A stretch of 64,000 bases of DNA. Origin: Octopus vulgaris. Lineage: Eukaryota. Position numbers and translations under genes: made by a program. The notes beneath the pieces are model-generated. The model saw only the letters and a list, made by a program, of their open reading frames with translations. It searched no databases and was not told the origin of the DNA. The stretch spans positions 36,704,001 through 36,768,000 of the forward strand of contig OX597839.1 in NCBI GenBank assembly GCA_951406725.2. The letters run 5' to 3'. Of this stretch, positions 51,320 through 64,000 are shown piece after piece (position 1 is the stretch's first letter; each line of letters begins with the position of its first letter).

Positions 51320-51625
51320 ATGTCATCAAAATGTTAATATATGTCCCAGACACCATCTTGATAATGACAAAATTATTTTGCTATAAATTTTTCATTATTT
51401 TCAAAATTACTAGAAACAAAGGCAGAATATTTCAACAAATATAGTGTAAGAAAAGGGTTAAAGTGAATCTAAATTGAAATCTTCCATCAAAATTCCATGT
51501 TCATTTATGTTCCAAACTTCAGCTCAATAACGACAAAGTTATTTTAATAAATTCTTCCTGAATTTGAAAATTAACTGAAGCAAAGGCAAAATTTCAACAG
51601 CAAAATGATAACAAAGGGGTTTAAG
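51320..51625 (+). repeat. AT-rich repeat G, two tandem ~160-bp units ending AAAGGGTTAA
   Basis: Units end at ~51461 and ~51624; the same terminus appears at positions 7-16 of the window. Confidence 0.65.
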
Positions 51626-52436
51626 GATACATTTGGAGATGTTTCTGGGATTGTCTTGTACACCTAACACACTACTTGATTTAGCACCATTGTCTTAAGC
51701 AAATGAGTGTTGATGTGGTCCTTGTCTGGTTGAAAATAGCAGTCAAATCTCTTTCAAGTCACTCTGTCATTGTTCCAAAAAGGATAGGCACATTAGGGAA
51801 AGTGGTTAATTCCTGGTACATAAAATGGTAAGAGGGTCACCACTGGAATAACTTTGATGATTGGTCTGCTTTTTCAGGTCTAACCTGGTGTCAGACAGCA
51901 TCCCCTGCCGAGTTCAGTGGGAGTTGGGGTAAACTAGTTAATATCAGTTGGGTCTACTCATCTGGTGTCAAAAGGTTTAGTCAAGCTAGAGTTACTGGGT
52001 CAAGCAACCTGGAACCAATGGGTTAATCTAACTGTAAGATATCAAGTAAGAGATTTGTTGGGAAAAGAAAACCAGTTGTGCCTTCTCTGAGGAGAAGTCA
52101 ACAAACCATGACTTGCACCCTCCATTGTTTTTTTGCTCTTTAAATAGTATAGAAAGAACTAAAAATGTGTTTACGTTCTTATTTAACCCACACTGAGGCA
52201 TTTAGCATGTATACACTTCCTTACATATATTTAAATATGGATCTATTAGGGTGTGTGTGTGTGTATGTATGTATATATATATATATATATTTTAAAGTTA
52301 GACAAGGTCGGTTTATGGGATTACCTTTAATCTAACTTTAATATATACTCCTCTATAACTTAGAGTGTGCTTCTTTTTTCGGATTTATGTTTACAGACGA
52401 TATATATATATATATATATATATATGTTCACATACT

Positions 52437-53436
52437 ATTACCACTAGAATAAGAATAGCCTGGGCAAAGTTTAGAAAGCTTCTACCCCTACTGGTAACAA
52501 AGGGCCTCTCGCTCAGAGTGAAAGGTAGATTGTACAATGCATGTGTGTGAACTGCCATGCTTCATGGCAGTGAAACATGGGCCATGACTGCGGAGGACAT
52601 GCATAGGCTCAAAAGAAATGAAGCTAGCATGATCCACTGGAGGTGTAACGTCAGTGTGCACACACGACAGAGTGTAAGCACCCTGAGAGGAATTTTGGAC
52701 ATAAGGAGCATCGGATGTGGCATGCAAGAGAGACATTTGCACTGGTATGGTCATGTACTATGGATGGATGAAGAGGCTTGTGTGAAGAAGTGCCACTCCC
52801 AAAAAGTTGAGGAAATCCAGGGTAGAGGTAGACCCAGGAAGACATGGGATGAGGAGGTGAAGCATGACCTTCGAACATTGGGCCTCACAGAGGCAATGAT
52901 GAGAGACCGAGACCTCTGGAGATATGCTGTGACTGTGAAGACCTAGCAAATATAGTGAGTTCATGGCTGTATCCTACACCAGTTTTGCATAACCAGTCCC
53001 AGCCCATTCAAAAGTACCTTAGATTGTAGGGTGACCTGCTGTGCTTGAGGAGACCTATTGAGTCAAGTACATCAACATGAAAATGAAAATCAAATGGCAA
53101 TTGTAGTTGTGATACCTGTGCTAGTGGCACGTAAAATGCACCACCCTAACGGGACAGATGCCAGCACCACCTTGACTGGCTTCTGTGCCGGTGGCACATA
53201 AAAAGCATCAACTGATCGTGGCCATTGCCAGCCTCCTCTGGCCCCTGTACCAGTGGCACGTAGAAAGGACCCACTACACTCATGGAGTGGTTGGCGTTAG
53301 GAAGGGCATCCAGCTGTAGAAAAACTGACAGGTCAGACTGGAGCCTGATGCAGCCTCCTGGCTTCCCAGACCCCAGTTGAACTGTCCAACCCATGCTAGC
53401 ATGGAAAACGGACATTAAATAATGATGATGATGATG
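52437..53436 (+). mobile_element. RTE LINE 3' end: ORF remnant (52437-52946) plus ~490-bp 3' UTR containing family B
   Basis: RIRIAWAKFRKLLPLL..KGRLYNACV*TAMLHGSETW..LHWYGHV..GRGRPRKTW..DRDLWRYAV; one premature stop; (GAT)n tail. Confidence 0.93.
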
Positions 53437-55279
53437 TTATGTTTATCTGTACACATAATATATGTATATTATGTATATATAGATAGCTGTCTTTCTATCT
53501 ATCTATATTTATATCTAGCCATGTATCCATCTGTATGGATTTCACCATATATAGCTAGTTGTCTGCCTTGATGTCTGTTCTGTGTGTGTGTGTGTTTGTG
53601 TTTCTATATGTATCTATGTTTCTGTGTGTTTGTTTATATGTCTGTCTCTGGATGTGTATGTCTCTCTCTCTCTCTATATATATATATATGTATCTGTGTC
53701 TGTGTCTCTTTATACACATGTTTGTGTTATGTGTGTGTCTGCTATATGTCTCTGCGTATGTGTATGGCTTACACCCCACCACCTTCCCCTCTATCTGATC
53801 TATCAATCCTGTCAGTGTTTCATAATGATTATATTACAACAAGAATTCAGTCCAGCCGTCCGGTCATGTTTGAGAACTTTGACTCTGCTGAAGATTTTGG
53901 ACTGATTCCATTAAGCAAACACCACCAGACAACTACAACAACAACAGCAACAATAACATGATAGTTGGTTCCAAGTTTCGTAGAATTGGTGAACAGAATT
54001 TCAATAAATCTGCAAGAATTTCATCTTTGAAACCAAGCAACTGTCTTGACTGACAGAGAATCACCATAACATTGCTAAAACCGCCACTACCACCACCACC
54101 ACTATCACATCACCAACACCACCTCCATCACTACTGCCAGTACTATTACACCACCAACATCAACACTATCACATCACCACCTACATTACTATTACTACTA
54201 CTACTAGTAATACTATCATTGCCACCATCACCAACTCCAACATACTGATACTGACATCATTACACCACCATAGCCACCACCACTATAACATCACACCACT
54301 TCAACTACCACCATCACAACACAAACACACTAACATCAATCAATAATATCACCATCACCATCTACCATAACAACACAACTCACCATCACCAACACTCCTA
54401 ACACCAATGTTATCACAACTACCACCATCACCACTTCTACCATTACCAACACCATTAACATTTATCTTATCACCACTACTACCACCATTGATACCACCTT
54501 ATCAGTCAATCCCTCTCCTTCTCTAATTCCACCATTAAGGAAATGTTGCTTAAATGGTAAAAATTTCATTAATAAAATACGGGAATTTTTATTCTTTCCT
54601 TCCTTTTAATTTCTTTCTTTCCATCTTTATCTTTCTTTCATATCTTATACTTTGTGACTGATATCATTCGTTCCAACGGACCAATCAATTAGAGCAATTA
54701 GGGAGTACTTAGTACTCTTAGGCAATGTTATTTGAATCCATTAGTTTGTCTGTGTGTATGTGTATCATTTTATATCTGCTTTCTGTTCTGGAATGTCTTG
54801 CACAGGTTATCACACTCTGAGTCATTTCTTAAGGGTAGCTGCTGCTCTTAAAGACTAGCTCAATATACATTTTGTTTTGGCCTGCTTTCTACAACTGGAT
54901 GCCCTTCCTATCATCATCAACTTCACACAGTATATGAAGTACATTTTCTTGTGGCACCAACACTAGGGAGATTGAATAGTCATTGGCATGACAGAATTAA
55001 GGAGATTTTACAATCCCAGGCCATCTTCATTTGTTTGCCATCCACTTTACAGTACTTACTAATACTGGATGTATTTTTCATGGTACCAACACTAAAGAGG
55101 TTGTCCAATCCTTGGTGGGATAGGACTAGAGGACATCTCAGTTCTACTTTGAATCTTCTTGCTCACCAATTACTGTAGAGGGTGCACAGGGGAGAGTAAT
55201 ATTTCTATTTTGGCAAAAGCATTCGTAGGGAAAGGATCTCTCTCTCTCTCTCTCTATATATATATGTGTATATATATAA

Positions 55280-55470
55280 AACCACATGTGAATCATTGGT
55301 GATTTTCTTCCTCCGTCTTCCTTTCTTTTGGACTTTCCTGTGTTTCTGAAGAAGAGCATCTGCTTGAAACGTTAAACCATTCTTTCCTTTCCTGAGTGTC
55401 TGCTATTACATTACATGTACCATGTCCTCACATTGATTTTTTGTGTTTGTTCTCCTTTTTTGGGATTTAC
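55280..55470 (+). mobile_element. Penelope-type terminal-repeat fragment carrying a minimal hammerhead
   Basis: GTTT-CTGAAGA-A-GAGC(ATCT)GCTT-GAAA-CGTT-AAAC at 55342-55377, bounded by (TA)n. Confidence 0.6.
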
Positions 55471-55495
55471 TATATATAGATAGATATATATATAG

Positions 55496-55666
55496 TAAAC
55501 AGAAAATGGAGAAATATTGATCAACCACAATTGACTTGCATCAATTATTATTGTTTCAATTCAGTACAAATAGACTGTGTCCCATCTAACAGCTGTTGTA
55601 TTGAATTAAAAAATAATTGATGCAAGTCAATTGTTGTTGATCAATATTTCTCCATTTTCTGCTTTA
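55496..55666. repeat. Long near-perfect palindrome
   Basis: ~54-bp outer arms plus an inner stem AATTCAGTACAA/TTGTATTGAATT. Confidence 0.92.
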
Positions 55667-55854
55667 TTTAAATTTAATTAACTTATGTTTATCTTTGTCA
55701 TTACCTGTAACCTATGAGCATAATATGCTTGAATATGTATGTCCATGGTTAATTTATGTAATTATACCAGTAATATAATGGATTTTTTTATCCCATAGAC
55801 AGTTATTCCATCCTCTAACTCTACTAACATATATATATATATATATGTTAGTAG

Positions 55855-56241
55855 AGGAGTGGCTGTGTGGTAAGTAGCTTGCTTACCAACCACATGGTTC
55901 CAGGTTCAGTCCCACTGTGTGGCACCTTGGGCAAGTGTCTTCTACTATAGCCTTGGGCTGCCCAAAACCTTGTGAGTGGATTCGGTTGACGGAAACTGAA
56001 AGAAGCCCATCATATATATATATGTATGTGTGTGGATATGTTTGTGTGTCTGTGTTTGTCCTCCCAACATCACTTGACAACTGATGCTGGTGTGTTTATG
56101 TCCTCGTAACTTAGTGGTTCGGCATAAGAGACCAATAGAATAAGTACTAGGCTTACAAAGAATAAGTCCTGGGGTCGATTTGCTCAATTGAAAGGCGGTA
56201 TTCCAGCATGACCGCAGTCAAATGACTGAAGCAAGTAAAAG
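55855..56241 (+). mobile_element. SINE A
   Basis: Matches the A consensus. Confidence 0.9.
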
Positions 56242-56919
56242 ATATATATGTATGCATATACATACTCTCTTATATAGGCACACAACACTGTCTTTTCCTC
56301 ACTTTGTAATCCTCCCCATAAAACAGCATTTCCGCTCCCCCCACCCACCTCTTTTATTTCTTTCTTCCCTCTTTTCTCTCACGTTTTCTTTCTTTTTTCT
56401 GATAAAGGACTTTAATGACTGAAAGGTACTTTTCCTTCTTCTGTTGAAGAAAACTTGTCTCTTGTATTTTTTCCTTCTCTTTACTTGTTCATCACACATT
56501 CTTATTTAAATTGATGAATAAGTTTCCAGAATTTCAGTCACCCCACTCCATATAGCAACTGAATTAGAAATTTTTACCCCCACCTCCTCCTTCCTCAAGA
56601 AGCCACAACCAAGATATATCTCATAATGCTGCACCAGGAATCTCTGTGTCCCATTATTTTTGGTAGGTCTCCAATTTATTTAATACTGTGTGTCTCTCTG
56701 CCAACAACATAAGCCTCCTTTTTGGTTTTGGGCTGAAACCATGTGGCAATCTGAGCCCTCATAAAAAGCTTGGTCTATATTCCACCCAGGTGATTTTAAA
56801 GCTCCTTCTTAATAGTCCAAGTTTTGACACCATGCAAAAAAACCCCAAAAAAACTCTCATGCACAAATAATTAACTGCAGTAATCTTTGTTTTTCCATTT
56901 TGAAATTGTCTCAACTAAT

Positions 56920-57230
56920 TAAATAACAGGTAAAACTGATTTGTATGCCTTAAATAACTCAGGTTAAGCTGATTTTTCTCTCTCCTCATGACTTGTTGAA
57001 AATGTTCACATTTAACAAAATAATAGCACAGGTAGAAAAACAATTTTCTCTTTCTGTAATTTGTTCAAAATGTTCAGATTTAACAAGCTAATAACTCAGG
57101 CAAAAAACTAATTTCTCTTTCTGTAATTTGTTGAAACTGTTCAGATTTAACGAGGTAATAATACAGGCAGAAACTAATTTCCTTCTTTGACTTGTTGAAA
57201 ATGTTCAGATTTAACGAGGTAAAAAGCTGA
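56920..57230. repeat. ~65-bp minisatellite, about 4.5 copies
   Basis: TTGTTGAAAATGTTCAGATTTAAC-like unit at ~56993, 57061, 57128 and 57192. Confidence 0.88.
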
Positions 57231-60106
57231 AATTACAATGTAGGAAAAACAAAAGCCATTTAATTAACACACCTTCTCAATCTCATTCCAGACAAGAAAA
57301 CTGTGCTAGTTCCATAATATAAATTGTAGTTCAGTAAGAGAGATGGGACATCTTTTTTTAATTCATCATCTTAGAGAATCTAATCATATGAAATAAATCA
57401 CACAACCTTGTTATCATCATATTTTAAACTGTAGCAGTTTTTAAACTGCCAGTTCTTTATATTGTGAGTTCCAATCCAGCTGAGGTTAACTTTGCCTTAC
57501 ATCTCTTCAAAGTTGATTTAATAAGGTACCTGGCAAATGCTGGAGGTCGGTGCAGTTGACTTGCTCCCTCCTGACAAAACGACTGATCTTGAACTCTGCA
57601 ATGGATGAGCATCCTGTTCAGGGGCGAATGTTGTGATCTCATTCACTTACACTCCATGGAAACTGGGTAACTGGCTCTATGAGTTCTAAAGCTCAAGAAA
57701 AAGATAGGCATGGATATGTAGTTAAGAAGTTTGATTCCTAACTACATGGGTTCAAGTTCAGCAACTTTAGCAAGTATCTCTACTCTAATCATGGATTGAT
57801 CAAAGCTTTGTGAATGAATTTTGTAGATGGACTCTGAAAGAAGCCTGTTTATATAGTTTGTTCCAAAACACATTTCACAGATGTTTGCATTTATATATAT
57901 GTGTGTATATCTCTATATGTATCTTTGTATGTGTGTATACATACACATTCATATGTATATACACACACATATATATGTATCTCTGCATGTGTGCGGTAAC
58001 AGATGGAATGATATATTGGAAATTCAACCAATAATAGCTGCTTTGATGAGAAGCAATACAAAGGTAAGCTATCTAGCTACCCTAATTACCCATCCAGCTA
58101 ACCACAAAGTTGCACACACCTCCACCTAACCATCTCTCCATTTCAGTTTTACATTCTCTGCTGATACCACCCTACCATGTTTTATTTCTGTTTGAGATTA
58201 AAAAGATCAGGTCATGTGACTTTGAAATGTTGTCAATATTAATTTTAAGCTTTTTGCTTAATTTTATAACTTGTCACAATATGTATACACACACACATAT
58301 ATACACATAAATGTTTGTGTGCATATATGTATATATATATGAAACTGAGTGTGTGTATTTAGTATTGACGTAGTAAAATCTGAAACATTTTACATGAAAT
58401 ATATAAACAAACATTTTATGTGTTATAACAGAAAACTTGTGTGTTTGTCGGGCCCCCTTTTATCTCTTGTCTATCATACATTTTTGTGTCTATCAATGTA
58501 TCTATGTATGCATAAATATAATCTGTTTGCATATAACATCTCTGTATGTGTATCATAAATTTGTGTGTGTATATATATATATATATAAATAAACACATAT
58601 ACATACTTTACCTGGATCACCGCTCACACACATACCTACCCACTGTCACCTTGTCTAATACACATCCACCTACAAGTGTATATCCCCACCCACCCACCCC
58701 TTCACACACACACACACATACATTTGAACACACAGATATTTTGAAATGGTTAAACCAACAGAAATGATGTGTCACATAAATTAATCTATAACTTAAAACA
58801 CCTCATGATATAAATCAACAACAATATTGATTAATCTGGGTGGATATTTGGGTAGATGGGTGACCTAAACTGGGAGACAGTGTGTGTGTGTGTGTGTTTG
58901 AATTCAGTTTAGTTCCTCCTGTGTTCTCAAGCATATTGGGCAGCAAATTGACAGCACGTATGTATATGTGCATGTGTATGTACTTACACACATATATATC
59001 ATCGCATAATGTTTGTTTTCTATGGATTGGACAGTTTGACATGATCTGGTGAGATGTAGGGCTGCGTCAAGCACCAATGTCAGCTTTGGCATAGTTCCTG
59101 CTGCTGGATACCTTTCCCAATGTGAACCACTTTACAGTGTCTACTGGACGGTTTGTCCTTTGTGCTAATGAGTTCACCATATGTACATATAATATAAATA
59201 GTATAATATGGTATACTACTGCTGTAGATTTTAGCTAACACTGTGTGTGTGTAGGGGGATATAGATGGAAACACCTTATTTTTATGTACAATAGCTTTGT
59301 GGGCATGAAAAGAGGGATCAACTGGACTGGTTTTAGTCCTGTTTTAGGATTTCATCAATGATTGATTACACAAAGAGATTGCATAAAAATCCACTGTTAC
59401 TAAGGGATTAAGCAAATTCTTCTTTCTCTTGCATCCTTTCTTATCACCTTTGTTCTTTCTTTCCTTTAGTTCTTATTTCCTTCTTTCATTTCTTGTTCTT
59501 CTATTGTTATTGTATCACTTGTCTTCTGCCTTTGTTGTTGTTATTGCTATCCAATACCTAAGATCTGAAGATTCTATTGAGAACAGCAAATATTAATTCC
59601 AAGTTAATCATTGTGAAATCGGCAATTCCATACAAGGTTTGGCGGCAGTGGTCATGATGGTGGAGGAGGAGATGATGATGGTGATAGCACAGTAGAATCA
59701 AGTCTGGTTGGATCTGTACAGCTCTGACGTAATTTCTCAATCTATCTCCTCTGTTGCATATTGCTGAACAAAGAATATACAAACATATATGTACATACAT
59801 ACACACACACACTTATGCACGTAACATATATATATACATACATACACACACACATATATTCACATCCACACACACATGCATATATATATAATATAGATAT
59901 ATACACACACATATATAAGAGAGTGAGACAGGAATGATGAGTGTATTTGAATTATGGACTATTTGTGAAATTTATGCTTTTCTGCTTTTTATTCTCACTT
60001 TCTCCCTCCTCTCTCTCTCTCTATATATATTTAATTTAATATACATCTATATATATATTTAATTTAATATAATATACATGTAATTTAATATACATCTGAA
60101 AGTATA

Positions 60107-60815
60107 CATCATCATCATTGTTTTACATTTACTTTTCCATGCAAGCATGGGTTGGGCAGAGTTCCTGAGGCAATGTTTTACTGCTAGAGGGTCTTCTTGT
60201 CATTCTCACCTCTTACAATAACCAAGGTATTAGAATAAATAAATAGACTGTAGGAACATAGTGTATCTATTCTAAGAACCAGGGCCCTCACATGTAAGGA
60301 GACACATGTGGATATATAGAAATTGGCATGGTTGTGTGGTTTAGAAGTTCACTTCACAACCACAAGGCTTCAGGTTCAGTCCCACTGTGTTGCACTTAAG
60401 GCAAGTATTATCTACTTGTGTTCTCACAATTTCTTGAGTGAATTTAGTAGATGAAAACTCTGTGGAAGTCTGTTTATATATATGTGTGTGTGTGTAGATA
60501 TAAACTTTTAATGTCCTTGTTTTTTGCTGAAATGGATTGGAGGGTTTGACAGAATCTGGTGAGTCCAAGGACTGTACTGTACTCCTGTCTACTTTGGAAA
60601 GGTTTCCATGGATGGATGCCTTCCTAATGCCAACCACTTTACAGTATGTACTGGATACTCTATTTGTGTCACCAGCACCAATGTGGTTGCCATGCAGCTT
60701 GTAAGATGAAAAACCTTGAGAGAGAGGCAGCTTTATACTGGGTGATGAATGGTTAACATATGAGGAAAGGACCCAGAGCAGAGCAGGTTCTTTGCAGTAG
60801 TAGAGCTACTCACAT
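60107..60815. mobile_element. Degenerate B (-), A head (+, 60325-60470) and older B (-, 60500-60815) fragments
   Basis: Recognisable consensus motifs. Confidence 0.65.
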
Positions 60816-62455
60816 TTTGGAAAAGAGGATAGGGTTAATTGATGTGGAACAGGGTAGAGATAAAAAGAGAGGTGATGTCTAGGTAGGGCAGAATTGGGAG
60901 TGTGGGCAGGTAAAGGTTGTAAGAGTGTATGGGTGTACAGGTGAGAGGGTGAATATAATGAATGAACAAGCGTTGAGGGCCGGATGTAATGAATTTTGGA
61001 TAAGGGGTGGTGGTGACCAGTGATGCTTAGGAATGAAGAGCAGTAGAATTGTAATATTCTAATGTCCATGTAATGATGTCAGGAATGTAGGGGTTGTTGA
61101 TGGGAAGGACATCCATCTGTAAAAATCGAGCACAAAATAGTGACATACACGACATTCATGCAGCGAGAAATATTAAAATTTAATTTGAATTTATCTTATT
61201 CTATCTCATTCTGTACATATCTGCATGTATGTTGTCAACAATACTGGTAGAGGTTAGTGAGTGCAGTCTCAGCTAGCTACACCAACTGTGCACTGATTTA
61301 GAAATGGCAATGTGTGTGTGTGTAGTATTGAGGGAGATAAGTATGTATCAGTAGCACTGGGAAAGATAAATATATATGTATGTATATGTATATATATGTA
61401 TGTATATGCCACTGGATGAGATCAGGCATAACAGATGTGTGTATATATGGACATGTATACATATATGTTTGTATATATACATGCATCCTATATATATGTG
61501 TTTATATGTATGTATGTATTTCTATATATATATATATATATGTACATGTATGTGTATATATACATGTGTGTGTGTGTTTATATATCTTTCTTTCTTTCTG
61601 AAGGACACTTAACTACTTTGATCTGTTTCTCGTGTGTGAGAAACCTACCAGTGTTATAAAGTTGAAAAGCTCTATTAACTGATTATTGTACACGCATGTA
61701 CACCTTAACGTAATAAGCTTACTAACTGAATAAGAATAACCTTTATCATTTCCTTGGGAAAATTCAGACTTACGAGTAAAACTGGTGGAGGGAAACAAAA
61801 GAAGCCTGTTTTATATCTGTATGTGTGTATATACTTGCACACACAAATGTATCTATATTAATAAAAGCAAAATTCTGTCTGCCCATCTGGGACCCCTGTA
61901 TCTCATTCTATATTTGCTCTACATAGACATATACAGTTGGAATTCAACTAGGGACTGGAACAAAGGAATGATTGCATTACAGGTTTAATTCTCTTCTGTC
62001 ATTAACCTCTGATCAAACATCACTGGAGCATATAGTCATTATAGATGTATTACAGTCATGCTGCTATGTAGCTTTCTTTAGTCTTGGGCCACAGGCCCAA
62101 TTAGCCCTCTGCAGGAGCTATCCTAAAAATCTGCAAGGAGTTCAGCTTTTAAGCTAGCATATAATAAAAGTAAAATAGCAAAATAATGAAGACAGAGCTT
62201 CTTACAATGTGTAAAGGCAAAAGTTAAATAACCTCTGCATATTTCAGGCACAACGGCTCATTCTCAGAAGTGGATGTAGTCAACAAAATACTCACATTTC
62301 TTGAGGGTTTACCCCTTTCTTGCTGCATGAATGTTGTGTATGTCACTTGCCTGGACTTGTGCCTGGGAGGGTAACTTTCTAGGTGCAATCCCATGGTCAG
62401 TCATGACCAAAGGGGATCCCAGCTCAGCATATATATATATATATATATATATCTA

Positions 62456-62776
62456 CAGGGTGCAATGGGTAAATTGTTGCCATTTTATAATTGTAATTTC
62501 ACTCATGTGCATTGGTTGTTTTTGGTTTTGTTGACTACACAGTGTAGTAGGGTTAATTGGACGCCATCTGTGAGAAAAACAGCACTACAATGCAAATCAC
62601 TCTGCCAGAAATTTGGAAATGACATGCTGTACTGCTTGGCAATATGAACATTTCAGAGTGCTTGGGTGTCAATCTGAAGACAGTGCAGAGGATTTGGAAT
62701 GAGTTGGATGAGTCTAATGGTGATTACGTAGGTACTACAGCTTGGAAAACTCACTCTGATCGTTCTGATAAGAAAT
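62456..62776 (+). mobile_element. maT 5' end (terminal repeat + HTH start)
   Basis: TA|CAGGGTGCAATGGGTAAATTG; MNISECLGVNLKTVQRIWNELDES. Confidence 0.78.
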
Positions 62777-63184
62777 TGTTGTTTCTCTCTCTCTCTCTAC
62801 TTCTTTTAGCTCTCCCTCTATTTTTCTTCCATTTCTCCCTCATGTGTATCTGGATGTGTGTGCAGGTATATAAATTTGTAGACATGTATAAGTATGTTTG
62901 TATATGTATGTGTGTGTATATAAGTATGTATATGTATAAATGTACATACACGAATGTATATATAAGATCCCCTCACCTCTAAACTCTCTGTAACGAAGTG
63001 TCTTAACTATCTTGATACTGTACACATCAATAATTGATTACTGTGTAATCATCACATTAATTACCCATAACATCAATTATATTAGTATTTAATTAAGCAG
63101 AGCTAATGATATTCAATCCAAGCTATGTTTTAATACTAATACTGCTTGTGTGTCTACACACACATATATATGTATGTGAGTATA

Positions 63185-63420
63185 TCATCATCGTTTAATG
63201 TCTGCTTTCCATGCTGGCATTGGTTGGATGGTTTGACTGAGGACTGGCGAGCCAGAAGGCTGCACCAGGCTCCAATCTGATCTGGCAAACTTTCTACAGC
63301 TGGATGCCCCCTTCCTAATATCAACCACTCCAAGAGTGTAGTGGGTGCTTTTACGTGTCACTGGTACGATGGCCAGTCAGGCGGTTCTGGCAATGACCTC
63401 GTTCAAAAGGTGTTTTTTAC
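63185..63420 (-). mobile_element. Family B RTE 3' UTR
   Basis: Matches the B consensus. Confidence 0.85.
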
Positions 63421-63429
63421 ATCCTACTT

Positions 63430-63690
63430 GCACATTGATAATCCATGTAGGTTGATGAGGGACATTGCTGAGCAGCTCAAGGTGGAAGAGTCTAATGCCA
63501 GACATGGGATCCACAAGAATATCAAGTACAAATGCAGTTCTATGTGATGAAGATAGAGCAGATCATGTCCCACAATTTCTGGTGGCCAAGTGCTTTCTGA
63601 AGAAGCTCAAAGATCCTTGAAACCTACTCTGGTTCTTCTCCAAAGAGAAGTTTTACTAGAACTAGAAGCTGAACAGGAGGGGCAGTATGT
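63430..63690 (+). mobile_element. Decayed maT-like transposase middle fragment
   Basis: IDNPCRLMRDIAEQLKV..IHKNIKYK..AKCFLKKLK..LLWFFS.EK. Confidence 0.55.
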
Positions 63691-64000
63691 GACTCTTTGC
63701 TGACTCCACAGAGAAGTTCCTACTGACTCTGATAGGAGACATAAGCAATTAGGACCATATCATATTACCTTACGTCTTCCCATGGGGCCTCAGGGTCAAT
63801 GCACTTTGACTGCACGGAAGTAATAAAACTCTGGATTGAGGAGTTATATTTGCATGGGTTAGATAAAATTCATTGAGTCAGATTTGCCAGGTCTTGGTCT
63901 TTTCTGCTTCTAAGAAAGATAATATTTTCCTATCAAACATGTTTTTCATGGATGATTGAAAACAAGGAACACTACTTGTATGATGGAGATGCATGATTAC

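Overview
This is AT-rich, microsatellite-saturated eukaryotic DNA. Its repeat families resemble those I recall from Octopus (coleoid cephalopod) genomes; that assignment is inference, not a database match. No intact protein-coding gene is visible, and nearly all long ORFs are translations of (TA)n/(CA)n/(ATC)n/(AAC)n repeats. The window reads as intronic or intergenic DNA filled with: several tRNA-headed SINE families (here called A, C, D, E) and an older dispersed repeat (F); about 20 copies of a repeat (B) that the sequence itself shows to be the structured 3' UTR of an RTE-clade LINE; decayed RTE, Dong/R4 and Penelope-like (Naiad-type, YRDD) retroelements; Tc1 (DD34E), mariner (DD34D-type) and maT (DD37D) remnants; and a complete 306-bp non-autonomous Helitron. 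The most notable observations are hammerhead-ribozyme motifs (one directly behind a tRNA-like head, resembling a retrozyme), covarying hairpin repeats in the RTE 3' UTR, SINE head/tail swapping, long fold-backs, two cryptic motif arrays, and a CpG-retaining SINE-free island containing a strong 45-nt exon candidate. I see no evidence for a novel protein-coding system. Boundaries of degenerate elements are approximate.
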